Assembly: GCA_043228905.1 (NCBI GenBank)
Contig: JBHGNT010000015.1
Span: 19,716,001 to 19,780,000 of the forward strand
DNA from: Azolla caroliniana
Taxonomy: Eukaryota > Plantae > Polypodiophyta
DNA length: 64,000 nucleotides
Reading direction: 5' to 3'
How positions within the stretch are numbered: the stretch's first letter is position 1; each line of letters opens with the position of its first letter. This document shows, one piece after another, positions 25,923-38,183 of this stretch. The notes beneath the pieces were generated by a model that was not told the DNA's origin, made no database searches, and saw nothing but the letters and a program-made list of their open reading frames with translations. A program made the position numbers and the translations under genes.

Positions 25923-28900
25923 ACGCTACGGGAGCTCAAGATCGGTGGGGGTGGCTTCCTACTGCCCGCGGAGGAGGACCGGTTTTGGAGGATGCACGGG
26001 AGGCACGGGAAAGCCTTCGTGTTCTTGCCGAGGGAGATCGGGTGCATTGACCCAACAATCGTAGAACCGATGGTAACCTTCATAGTGCCACATATACCGT
26101 GGAACCTCAAACTAATTCCGGTACCGAGAGCTCACATCCCGAAGATGATGGAGTTGCTCAAGGAGAAGGTCAATATGGGTATCCTCGAACCGTCAAGCGC
26201 CTTGTACTCGAATCAGTGGTTTATCGTGCCGAAGAAGAACGACACATTGCGCTTTATTCAAGACCTGCAGTCAGCAACAAGGTGACCATTCGAAACGTAG
26301 GCACAGGACCGACAATTGACGAGTTCGCGGAGGCCTTCGTTGGAAGGTCAATCTACTCGGTCGGGGACCTATACTCGGGGTATGTGTTGTCCGCCGGAAT
26401 AGTAACCAACGGACAAGAGCGTAGGAATAAGAAATAATATACGATCATAACGCATGTAACAGTTCACGCAGGAAGCGTGAACGGGGCTAAATAGACCATG
26501 CGTATATAAAGGGCAGAAATCCTCTGATAGAGGGGCGTGTAATTTTGGAATGTAAAGGAATGTATCATAATAGAATTCTATCATCTCTGAAAGTCTGTGT
26601 ATAGCTACGGCTAATCTACTGTATGTCTGGAATACCTGAGCGTGTAAGAACATAAGTGTAACCATTGCTAAGGAGTCAGTTGTAGCCGTCTCCCTTATAC
26701 GCTGATAGGTTACAGGGAACATTCCCCTATGCATTACGCATAGACGCCTATTCGTTGTTCCACAACCACTTGGAGTTCTAGGTCGAAGGACTGACCGCAG
26801 ACCGTGTTCCTAAGAGGTAACACTTTTGGCACACTTGGTGATCTGTGTCTTCTCACAAACGAGCAACGACGAATGGATGTTTAGCCGCAAACGCCCTAGA
26901 GAACCAACACGACAAGACCGGCCAATAATAAGGTCCGCCACACACCAAGCAGAAGAACGCGCACGGCAAAAGCCTCGCCTCAGCGACCTCAGTACTACCT
27001 GCCGTGATTACAAAGGTGAGTCTTCGCTCTCCAAATACCTAGACGAGACGCGGGGAGTACGCTCACCACAGCCACCCTATGGTCTTTCCCGACCCGCCGT
27101 AGCCCCCAGCATGGCCTTTGCCTACCCCCGCTTTAACGGCGAAACCGAGGCCGCAACCCATATTCGCATGTTCCTTAATGTCTGGAATGTGAACCACATG
27201 GTGTAGAGCCTTTCGGAGGCGGTAGCGCACCAATCGAAAATGATGGAGTTCGGGTTAACATTGGATGGGCGAGCGGCGTTTTGGCATCCACAGATGGATT
27301 TACCAGCAATCACAACCTTCGATCAACTGCAGTCTACTTTCTTGCGGTTCTTCCATCGAAGGGTTCCACAACGCGAAATCCTCGAACAGTTCTACACGAT
27401 TAAGCAACTGCCGACCGAGACGATCGTAGATTTCAGCTTACGTTTCCAAAATCTACAGCGGAAACTAGAACGGAGCCCCTCGGAGGACGAGGCTCGAGAA
27501 ACATTTCTGGCAGCATTACGCCGACCCATTCGGGCAACGCTCAACAACAATAGCGTGAAAGGGGAAACGGCGGATATGGTCATTGAACGAGCGTTATAGC
27601 TCGAGTTGGACGAGGAGGAGGAAAGGTTTTCTATGTCCTCCTTACGACAAGCGTTACCCCAAGACGAGGAACGCTAGTTTCATTAAGCAATCCAGTGCAT
27701 GATTTGCTTGAACTCAGGGCATTCCGCAATGGAGTGCAATATGTGAATCCATTGCTCAATCTGCCACTCGAAGGCTCACACAGTCGAACAATGCGAATAC
27801 AATATGTTGAATAGAGCCACTCCCGCAGTCCGCAGTATGGACACCCAGTGTCCACCACGCCGGACTGAACAAAGGAGGCAAGAAGACCGACCACGGTATG
27901 TGGATCACAACCAACGGGATGACCGGCACCACTGGAATCGCCGAAATCACAACAACTCTGAGGAAGACGAACCAAAGGACGAGGATTATCGTGGACATCC
28001 GAGTTATGCTAAAGGGGGTCGGCGCTACGAGAATCACCGGTCAACAAACAAACGGGGCGGCTTCAATGGTTATCGTGGTAAGCCGCGGCAATATCGAGAT
28101 CACCGGCGTTACGACGAAAGCTCGGGAGATGAGCGACACCAAGAACAACGACGGGACCAACAGCAACCACCGCGTGCGTTCCGACAAACAAGGCCGGACC
28201 ATGAGGAGCAAGTAACACCAAGGGAGTGGCACACACCTCCAAGAGCCGAGAAGGGTGAATCAAGCATACATTGTTTTATTTGTCAACAGCCCGGACATTA
28301 TGCCACACAATGCCCAGCACGCAAGGGAAAGGGGCCCGCCGTCAATACGATTAAAGCGGAAGTGCAGCAAGTCACAACATGCCAACAAACAAAAATGGCT
28401 GATTGGGTTGCGCAAGACGAGATACGACGACAAGCCCAAGAATGGGTGGAAAAAGCAAACGTGACCAATACAGAGTGCATGCGGAAGGAGTCCCCGAACA
28501 CGAGGGAGAGAGCAGAGGACGAAGGACAGGTCCCGGACCCCATTTGGCAGGCATTATCGGGCTGCGAGATAACGTTAACCATGGAGAAACTGCTGCAGCT
28601 AGTCCCACGCTTCCGCCAGACCATGGAAAAATGGGTGACAAGCATACCCGGGGTGAGCATCGCTACAAACCTTACAGACGTTAGCGACGGACCGCCGGTA
28701 CTGGATCAGCACAACCCGGCTATTACATTAATATTACACAGACAGGAAATTCCTGGATGCGTAATCGATGGCGGCTCATGCGTCAATGTAATTAGTGCGA
28801 AAACTTGCGAACAGTTAGGCATTTCAGAATGGGAGGCTTGCCCATTCTGGCTCCGAATGGCAGATACCCGCTTAGTACGACCATTGGGGCTAATTCGTAA

Positions 28901-29575
28901 AATAGACATTATCGTGGGCGAACATCGCTTCAACATCTCGGCGATCATCCTTGCCTTGGACGCCCCAGGGGCGTACCCAGTGCTTCTGGGCAGACCATGG
29001 CTTCGGGCAACAAATATCAAGCAGAGCTGGCAACACAAGTGTATCAATTTCCGACACGGACGCACCAAGGTTCACGTACCTACGGAAGGAAGCACGCCAC
29101 AACCCAAGGGTATAACACCATTATACGCAGAAGATATAAATATGTTGGTTGGGGTGGAGGATGCAGAATTAGAGGCATATCTAGATGAGCATCCACGGAT
29201 CATTCCGTTGTTCGAAATCGATGTCATCGCAACCGCGGCAGGATATGCCACGGCTACTATTCTCCACGACGAGGCTTACGAACCAAACCCAGAGTCCATA
29301 GTGGAACTCAGCAGAGCACGAGCGACATTCGAAAGGGAAATGGAGATTTCACGACGAGTCACCGCATCTGCCCTGGAAGAAGTAAATGTGGGTACGGAGT
29401 CGGAACCCCATTTCCTCTCCATCGCAAAGGAATTAAGGTTGGACCAGAGAAACACGATGATAGCACTACTCACGAAATATAAAGATGGGTTCGCTTGGGC
29501 TCACGAGGACATGAAGGGGTTAGATCCCAAGTTCTATCAGCATAAGATCAATTTAGCAACAGACGGAAAACCCCT

Positions 29576-30347
29576 TGTCGTGAAGAATTTCGGCCATAGG
29601 CAAAAACCGGGAAACATTGGCTACATCGGCGGGGTGCGTGTGTACGCACCCATGTACATTTAGTGTGAATGTCGAGGGTGCCTTTATGGCGCCGAAGATT
29701 GGTCAAGTCGGGACAGACGATCCCATGAAGGTCGGGATTTGTCCCACATTGTAACGCATCCCTCTCCTTGTTCTATAAAAGGGAGGGAACGCCCTTTGAA
29801 AAAGGGTTGCCCATTTTGGATTAGAGGGTATACCGGTAGGTTTAGGGTTAGGTTTCTTCTGCTTCTTCTTCTTCCCCTTCGTGTTCGTTTAGGGTTGGCT
29901 GCAGCTTATCTCCTGTGCAAGACCCCGCTCGGCGCGACGAGCCCGAGAGTTCCCCGACAGCGGCTTGACAGCAGACGACTGTTGTAAACTATCTTGGTCC
30001 GGCTCGAAGTCGGGAGTGTATTCTACTTATATATATATACATATACGTTTGCGTCTGTCTATGTATATTGGCGTCTTGTTGGTGTCGGGTGCTCCCCTCC
30101 TTCCCTACGTTTCCTGTACAAGAGGGCGTGTGTGCATGTGTGTGTGCGTGTGTGTGGGTGCGTGTGTGTGCGCGCGTGAGTCGGTGTCAAGCACGCTCTC
30201 TCACTCCCTCTCTCCCTTCGGCTACTTCCGGTGCGTTTCAGGGGTGCCCCAGAAACGGTGAAGTGCGACTTCCTACGCTCTGTCGCTCCCTAGTCCAAGA
30301 CCCCCGTGGTCCCGCCTTTCTCCACGCACGCGCGTAACAACGCGACA
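29576..30347 (+). mobile_element. Solo LTR of the Gypsy-W group
   Basis: TGTCGTGAAG..CGCGACA; TSD CCCT/CCGT; host pol rejoins as KPVQQRRYRM. Confidence 0.88.
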
Positions 30348-32655
30348 CCGTCCAACAGCGCCGCTACCGCATGAACCCAAACTACGTGACCCGCGTGAAA
30401 GAAGAAATTGACAAGCTCCTAAAGGCGGGGTTTATACAGCCAGTTAAACAAGCGACATGGTTAAGCCCGATAATGGTCGTTCCAAAGAAAAACGGAAAAA
30501 TACGGGTATGCGTAGATTATCGAAAATTAAACGCCGTAACCATTACAGACACATTTCCGTTACCCTTCACCGATAGCGTATTAGACGCCGTCGTAGGACA
30601 TGAGATGTACAGTTTTTTAGATGGCTTCAGTGGGTATAACTAGGTACGCATGCATCCCGAAGACCAAGAAAAGATGGCATTTGTCACGGACTAGGGAGTC
30701 TATGTGGCAGTCGTCATGATGTTCGGACTAAAGACGGCGCCGACAACATTTCAACGGACAATTACAGAGATCTTTGGGGAATACATTCCGGCGTTCATGC
30801 AAGTTTTTTTAGACAACTTTGCGGTATATGGGAGAACAATAGACCATTTTACGCACTTACAACTGTGCCTAGAACGTTGCCGCACTGCACGCTTAAGCCT
30901 GAATCCCGCGAAATGTGCTTTCGGCATGACCATCGGGACTCTCCTAGGCCATATAATCAGCAAGGAGGGAATAGCAGTCGATCCGAACAAGATCTCCGCG
31001 ATTACACAAGCCGAAACTCCGACAAACGCTAAATCGCTCAGCCGGTTTTTAGGACAAATACAGTGGCACAGTCGGATGATACGATATTTGGCGGACTTCG
31101 CCACGCCATTACATGCTATCATACACCGGACTCCTTTCCAATGGACTGCAACGGAGGATAAGGCCTATGAGGCACTTAAGATAATGCTCACACAGGCCCC
31201 CATCGTACAACCCCCAGTTTGGGCGAAGCCATTCCACGTGTTCGTTGACGCCTCGAACATAGCAATAGGAAGTGCACTAATGCAGCTCACCGAACCAAAC
31301 TGGTACCGGCCAGTGTACTATGCTATTCGTAAAGTATCAACAGCAGAGCGTAACTATTCCACAATGGAGCGGGAGGCGCTAGGGATGATCTATAGCATCA
31401 ATAAATTCTGGCATTATTTACTAGGGAGGAAATTCACGTTCCACGTGGATCATTCGGCGTTGTTGTATTTGGTGGAGAAACAAGCCTTGACGGGGAAATT
31501 GGCGCGATGTATGTTGCTGCTCCAAGAATTCGATTTCGTAATCCAGCACCGACCAGGGGTGCAACACACAGTGGCGGATTTTTTGAGCATACTCGAGAAT
31601 GGAGAAACAATACAGAAAGATGACGACGATTTTCCGGACGTCGACATCCTGCGGGTAGCAACACTAGCAGAAAGAATGAAATTGACCTTTCTGGACCGGT
31701 GGCTTATGGAAATGTCGTACTTTTTGACTACGGGACTGCCTCCACCACAATTACGCACGGACGAGAAGAAACGACTAGCCGTCCGAAGCTGTCACTTCTG
31801 CCTCGTAGAAGGAGTTTTATATCACAAAGGAAGTGACGGCATTTGGCGACGTGGGGTACGTCAGGATGAGAAGGAAGCAGTTTTACGGGAGGCACATTGC
31901 GGCACGATAGGTGGCCATTACGCTGTCGAGGTTTTCCTCGTGGATGCGTGGAATGAGGCGGGACCTCAGGGGTCCTGTACCGAAGAGCAAGAGAGAAAGG
32001 ACAAGAGACCCACTACGTGCGAGCGTAGATTCACAGGGACACGGCCCTTCGACACAAAGACGCGAGTGGGACAGCGACACAGAGAGACACGAATGTATGT
32101 ATGTATTAACAAAGACAACAACAAGAACACGGAAGCAACAAAAACACGAAGTCGGTTACAACCGAACAAGCCGGCGAACAGATGCCGATGCCTGTTCGTA
32201 AACGCACAGAAAGACAAGAGCAGGTTGGAGGTGCTGCCGGAAGCACTCGGGCGTTCCTCAGAGCAGCGCGAGCCTCCCGAAACCTGCACAGAAGGAAGCT
32301 ATGGAGTTTGCAAACCAGAGAGAGAGAGAGAAGCCTTCGCACGCAAACCGACAACACTTCGTCCTCGACTCTCCGCGATCCCTTCGCCCTCCTCGTCTCC
32401 CTCCTTTTATAGGCAAGGAAGGAGTCGTTTCCCCTTTACTTCCTACCCACTAAATCCACCTACCTAGGATCTCCCATGTCCCTAATTCTCTCCTATGTAC
32501 AACACAAGGCGTGCGTGCATGAAGAGCCGGTTCCTATGCTCCGGTGCACCGATTCCGCATGTGGACGGTTTTCTTCACGACATCCGCCCCCACCTAACCG
32601 CGCATCCACCGGCATGCGCCAAATTGTGTTGGGACGGAGAAAACCGGTCCAGCCT

Positions 32656-35547
32656 TCATTCCCCGCCCGTCGGTTCTTCCTCGGTTTCGGATCGTTCGTC
32701 GTCCCAGTCCAGGTTAACCGGATCCGGCTCGTCGTCGTGACGCTTCTTGAACACTTTGATCCGTTTCCCAGCTACCGGTATCGCCACTCTCGTGCCGTCG
32801 AGTTCCGCCAGATGGTACGTCCCATTGTCGTTGGCGCTTTGTACTACGTAAGGCCCGAACCACCTTCTTGCGAACTTCCGTGTCGCTCGGTGCTGGTTGT
32901 CGAGGCTGCTGTCGTAGACTAGCACCCAGTCGCCTTCCTCGATCTTCTTCGGTTGGAGCCGGTGTGTTCGGTCGAACCGGGCTTTGTTCCTCATCCTTGC
33001 TTCCCAAAGCCTTTCCGCAGCCTGCTCCACATCCTCCGGTCTTCGCTCGAGCTGTCGTATACGCGCCGCCAGCAGTTCCTCCCGGCTCATCTCGTCTCTC
33101 CAGTCCACGGTTGCCCACGAGGAGATCGTACGTTCCATCGGCAAGACCGGCTTTTGCCCAAACATGAGCTCTGCCGACATGAACCCGGTTACCGAACTGT
33201 GCGTAGTTCGGTCAGCCCACAACGCGTAAGGCAGCAGCCGCGGCCAGTTCCCGACTTGACCTCCGCATGCCCGAACTAATGCCTTGACGATCGGTCCGTG
33301 TCCGCGCTCCACCTTTCCATTCGCCTCTGGATTGTATGCAGTGGTAAGCGAGAGCTTGACTCCTAGCCGGTCGAACAACTCCTCGGCCTCTTCGGCGTCC
33401 AACTCCCTGCGGTAAGCCACGATCTTCCCGACACACCCGTACCGGCATATCTCGTCCTCGATCAGGAACCGACATACGGCCGCGGTCGTTTTGTTCTGAA
33501 GGGCTCGGCCTTCTACCTGGTTCGTCAGATCTTCCCGAGCCAGGACCAGATACCGCATCTGTCCTACTCCCATCGGCATCGTCACCAGGTCTACCATCCA
33601 TTTGAAGTGGATGGTCGGAGGGTACGTAGGGTGAAGCTCGTCCCGATGTCGGACTACGGAGTGCATCTGACAGCTCTCGCAAGTCGTCACGAACCGATGC
33701 ACGTCCCGGTACAGTCCCGGCCACCAGTACTTCCCCTTTATCTTCTCGAACGTGGCCCACGTTCCACGGTGTCCAACCCAAGGGTTGTCGTGGTATGCCG
33801 TCAGCAGCTCCTCCTGTTCTTCCTTCATCGCCACCACCCGGAGCGGGACGCCGTTCCTCTTCTTCGGGTGCTTCCATAAGTATCCGTCCCAGAGAAAGAA
33901 TCGGTATGCTTTCTTCCGGATCCGGTTGGACTCGTCCTTCGTCCACGACGCATCCGGCGTCATCGTCCTCAAAAATCCACCGATCTGGAGCCACTCGCCG
34001 TCGTACTTGCTCTCGTCGAAGTCGTTAAGTGCCGGAGTGCTCGTCCCATCGGTCGTCACGTACGCTGCCTCGAAGAAGTCCACGCTGACTTCTTCGTCCT
34101 CCGAAACCATGCTGCCCTCGTCATCAAACCTCGCCCTCGAAAGCATGTCGGCCATGGCGTTGTCCTTTCCGGAAATGTGCCGTATTTCCGGGTCCAGGGA
34201 CTTGATGTACGCTATCCACCTGAGCATCGCCAGGTCCGGTGTCGCGCCTCCGGAAACCATGCCGAGAATTGGCAGGCAATCCATCTCGATAATCACTTCT
34301 GTCCCGATCAGGTAGTCTTTGTCGGCCTTTACTGCCGAAACGATACCCCAGAGTTCGCGTTTAACCTGGGCGTACCCTCGCTGTCGCTCACTGAGGACCT
34401 TTGCGCCGAATCGGATCGGGAACCGAATGCCGTCCTCGTCTTCTTGGTTGACGACCCATCCGATCCCGGTCGAACTCGTATCCACCGTTATGTATACCGA
34501 GGTACCCTTCTCGTAGACAGCCTTCCAGAGCGTCGGTGCTGCCGCAAGAGCTTCCTTTAGCTTCCAGACCGACTTCGTGTGCTCGTCTCGCCACTCGAAA
34601 TTTCGCCCTTTCTTCAGCAACCTGTATAGCGGCTCCGCCACGTGGGCGTAATGCGGGATCCATATGTGGTAGAACGCGCATGCCCCCAGGAACCTCCGAA
34701 CTTCCGTAACCGAGCTACAATCGGTCTTCATCGCGGAGATGGCTTCTACCTTTGCCGGAGACGGCTTCCGGCCATAAGGTCCACATAGGTGTCCGACCAC
34801 CAGGATTTCCGATTGCCCGAAGGCCGATTTCTCCCCGGAGAAGGTGAGCCTCGCATCCTCTAGCCTTTGTAGCACCTTCTCGCAGTCGTCGATGTGTGTC
34901 GCCACGAATCGCCGGCATCCGTCCGGCCCGACTGTCTCGTCCTTCTCCTCCACCGGGCATCCCTTGATCGGGATGTCGTCTAGAAACGGCATGGTGATGT
35001 CCGGTATGCAATCCCTCAGTACCTTGTTCATTGCATTCACCATGTGGGCTACCGAGTTGGTCCCTCCTTGTGGCAGGGTACACATTCGCACTAGGCCGAG
35101 GGGAGTTCGCATCGTCGTAATGTCTCTGCTCTCCACGGCTAGCTGGAACTGGTCATACCCCGAGTACAAATCACCGACCGAGTAAATCGACCTTCCGGCG
35201 AAGGCTTCCGCGAACTCGCCTATGGTCGGTCCGATTCCTGCGTTCCGAAGGGCCACTCTGTTGACCGGCTGCAGGTCCTGAATGAAGCGCAATGTTCCGT
35301 TTTCCTTTGGTACGGTAAACCATCGGTTCGAGTATGGCGCGCTCGACGGTTCGAGAATACCCATATCGACTTTCTGCCTCAATAGCTCCATCAACTCCGG
35401 GATGTGAGCTCTTGGTACCGGAATCGGCTTGAGATTCCACGGCACATGCGGCACCGTGAATATCACCATCGGCTCCACGATCGTCGGGTCTACGCACCCG
35501 ATCTCTTCCGGCGAGAATGCGAAGGCCTTTCCGTGCCTTCCGAGCAT
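32656..35547 (-). CDS. Gypsy-W D pol: RT, RNase H, integrase (open for 963 aa)
   Basis: GDLYSGYDQ, PQGGTNS, FLDD; RNase H TVDTS..KRELWG..NAMADMLSR; integrase H-H-CESC, WMVD, YNPEANGKVER, WFGPY. Confidence 0.92.
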   Translation of the reverse strand: MLGRHGKAFAFSPEEIGCVDPTIVEPMVIFTVPHVPWNLKPIPVPRAHIPELMELLRQKVDMGILEPSSAPYSNRWFTVPKENGTLRFIQDLQPVNRVALRNAGIGPTIGEFAEAFAGRSIYSVGDLYSGYDQFQLAVESRDITTMRTPLGLVRMCTLPQGGTNSVAHMVNAMNKVLRDCIPDITMPFLDDIPIKGCPVEEKDETVGPDGCRRFVATHIDDCEKVLQRLEDARLTFSGEKSAFGQSEILVVGHLCGPYGRKPSPAKVEAISAMKTDCSSVTEVRRFLGACAFYHIWIPHYAHVAEPLYRLLKKGRNFEWRDEHTKSVWKLKEALAAAPTLWKAVYEKGTSVYITVDTSSTGIGWVVNQEDEDGIRFPIRFGAKVLSERQRGYAQVKRELWGIVSAVKADKDYLIGTEVIIEMDCLPILGMVSGGATPDLAMLRWIAYIKSLDPEIRHISGKDNAMADMLSRARFDDEGSMVSEDEEVSVDFFEAAYVTTDGTSTPALNDFDESKYDGEWLQIGGFLRTMTPDASWTKDESNRIRKKAYRFFLWDGYLWKHPKKRNGVPLRVVAMKEEQEELLTAYHDNPWVGHRGTWATFEKIKGKYWWPGLYRDVHRFVTTCESCQMHSVVRHRDELHPTYPPTIHFKWMVDLVTMPMGVGQMRYLVLAREDLTNQVEGRALQNKTTAAVCRFLIEDEICRYGCVGKIVAYRRELDAEEAEELFDRLGVKLSLTTAYNPEANGKVERGHGPIVKALVRACGGQVGNWPRLLPYALWADRTTHSSVTGFMSAELMFGQKPVLPMERTISSWATVDWRDEMSREELLAARIRQLERRPEDVEQAAERLWEARMRNKARFDRTHRLQPKKIEEGDWVLVYDSSLDNQHRATRKFARRWFGPYVVQSANDNGTYHLAELDGTRVAIPVAGKRIKVFKKRHDDEPDPVNLDWDDERSETEEEPTGGE

Positions 35548-36016
35548 CCTCCGAAACCGGTCTTCCTCCGCCGACAGTAGGAACCCGCCCCCACCGATTT
35601 TGAGCTCCCGGAGCGTTCCTTCGTGCTAACTCGGGTCATCCGATCCAACCCGAGCCCCCGACTGAAGTTCGCGATGACTTCGTACATCTCTTCGGAACAT
35701 ACCGGTATCGTCCGGTCTTCGTTAAGGTCTTCTCCGGCTACCTCCCTCAGCATTCCCAAGGTGTCGTCGAAGGAGACCGCCTCCACAGCTCCGCTGATTT
35801 CCTCGTCCAGGCCGAGAACTCCGCACGCTTGAAGTCGCACTTCCGCCCTTGTCTTTTCTCGGCCAACGATGCCGACTATCATACACCCTCCGTTGTTGGA
35901 GAAGCAAAACTTCCTACCTATCGTACAGGGCTCCTTCGGTTTCGGTTCTATCGTACAGTCGTGGGGTTTTTCCCGAGTGTCCGGGCTGTCTCGGCCCCAC
36001 GCCTTGGCAACCCTCT

Positions 36017-38170
36017 CTAAAAATCCTCCCGGTTCTCGCCACCGAGGGATTCCCGGTTTCTCTCGTGGTTTGGCCGCACCGTCAGAAATTGAACCGAATG
36101 GCACCCGTCCTGGCTTTTGACCCTCGCGTAGGCCGAACCGTTGTCCAGCACCTTGGTCTCCATTCGTGCCGCTGTGATGTACGGTTCCCCTAATATGATC
36201 GGATGCGAGGACGTCTCCTGCACGAAGAAGTGCTGGTCAATCTCGACGTCGCCAATCTTGACACGCACGTTCGGGCAGGCCCCGTGCAGTTCCTCGGTGG
36301 CGCGCGTCGCCGCCCGGATCTTCCACCCGTGCTTGGTGTTGATCGGCCACTTTCCCTTCTTATAGAAGTCCATGGACATCAGGTTTATTTCCGAACCGTG
36401 GTCCACCAGTGCCACCACCGGTTCCTGAACATCTCCGATCTTTACCGGGGTCTCCGTGGTCGCTCGGGCCCAGTGTGGCCTCGAATAGTGGCTCTCCGCC
36501 CACTCATCTGCCAGCGCCGAGTCGTCGATGTGCGTCGTTCACACCTCCACCGGTCTCTCCGGTTCTGTCTCCGTCGACAGCCTCTTCCGTTTCACCAAGT
36601 CCACAATGGAGTCGTGGAACTCCTTCTTGGCGATCCCTAGCACCTCCCGTAATGACAACTCCACTTTGCTGTCGAGGATCCGTTCTTCTAGGACCTTTCG
36701 TAGGTCCGTGGTCCTTTCTATTTCCGTCCCCAATCGGTATCCGCCCTTCCTGGGGTTATCTTGCGAGCTGGACCCACCGGCATCGTTCCGTCGTTGCCCG
36801 AATCGAGTCTCGTATCATTGTGAGGGCCCGGTCGCTCCGGCTTTCCCCACTCGTTTGTCTTCTACCAGGGCCTCGTAGTTCCGGCAGGCGGCTTCTACGA
36901 AGCCCGTCTTCTCCTCGACCGGATCACTCCACCCGGTTATTTCCCGGACCCGTCTCTCAGCGCGGTCCGTTTCGTCTTTCCTTAGCCATGCGCCGGCAAG
37001 ACCTTCCAGCATTGCCGACCAGAATCCGTCTTTGCCCTCCTTTCGGGCCTCGCTGCCCCCGACCCGAATGCCGGCCGACGCCGAGTAGTGGATGGCCTCC
37101 ACGTGTCGGGCCGCTGCCTCTTCCATCAGTCTCTTCATACCTCCTCGTCCGTCGTTTCGGTTTAGGGCCCTTCTAGTGTCGCCGGCGTGCACTCGGCCTT
37201 CCCACAGGTACACCACCCGGTTCCTCAACGCTTCTGCGAAATCGCCGCAGTCCTTCCGGATGTGGCCGACCTCGTCGCACCACATGCACTTGTTCCCTGC
37301 TGCCGGTCGTCGGTCACAAGCCAGTTAGCTGCCTTCCCTTCGAGTCTGGGCGATCTGGAGATCCTTTATCGCCCGCATCAACTCCTCCAGCGCTGCTCCT
37401 CCGGACAAGCCACTGACCATGCCGGTCGAAGCCGGACCGGTTCCGAGCCATTCCCGGGTTTCTTCCCTTCGCCCTTGCAGTGCCGGTTCAAGCCTCCTTG
37501 TTGTGACAGAGCCCGCACTGGCCGCCCCGTTATCAGCCCATTCTCGCCGTTTGTCGAAACGGCCACAGACTCTCTTAACCGCAGCCTAGTCGGTCGTCAG
37601 CCCGTCTTCGGTTTCCAGCAAGGAGCCAACTTGATCCCGGTCCCGCTCGTCCACCGACTTGACGAACAGTAGGACCCGACTCGTATCCAGAACGGTTCGG
37701 TCAAGCGCCGAAAGGTGCGCAAAGCGTTCTTCGTACTCCCGGAGGAGTGCCGACGCGTTTCTCCCCTTGCCGGGGGACTCCACCCACTCCATGAAGTCCC
37801 GTTTCGAAAGCCGGAGCGCGTCGTCTAGCCCGTATTTTTCTAGGAGTCGGCCTTCAAACTCCTCCCAGGTACGGCTCTCCGCCAGCACCCCGAGCACCTC
37901 TGCATGGATGCTCGGCATCGCCACTCGAGGAAACCCGGCAAGACGCCTCTCTTCCGGAATGTCCCGCATCAGCATTTCTGCCCCGTAGGACGCCAAATAC
38001 TTCGTGGCATCCTTTCCGCTGAACCGGCCGATCGTACCGACGACCGCCTCAATGGCTCTGTCGAGGGCGCTGGTGCCCTCGCGTGCACTCAATATCCGAT
38101 CCATGGCCGAAGCCATGGCCTCTGCAAGATCCGACCCCTTCATCTTCTGCTCTTCTGCCGCCTCCTTCAC
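36017..38170 (-). pseudogene. Gypsy-W D gag-protease ORF (one stop, frameshifts)
   Basis: CMWCDEVGHIRKDC knuckle; VALVDHGSEINLMS protease motif; ends DF* at GGATTTTTAG. Confidence 0.85.
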
Positions 38171-38183
38171 GTCGGGTTCACCA
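38166..38183 (-). promoter_or_regulatory. Primer binding site complementary to the tRNA-Trp 3' end
   Basis: TGGTGAACCCGACGTGAA complements the plant tRNA-Trp 3' end (..TTCACGTCGGGTTCA-CCA, recalled); also at 15411 and ~12216. Confidence 0.85.

Noticed and set aside
31924-32467. Apparent novel C-terminal extension of ORF 30704-32467 and matching ORF 38083-38730
   Set aside because: Read-through into the antisense strand of the inserted Gypsy-W LTR; the duplication is just the LTR pair
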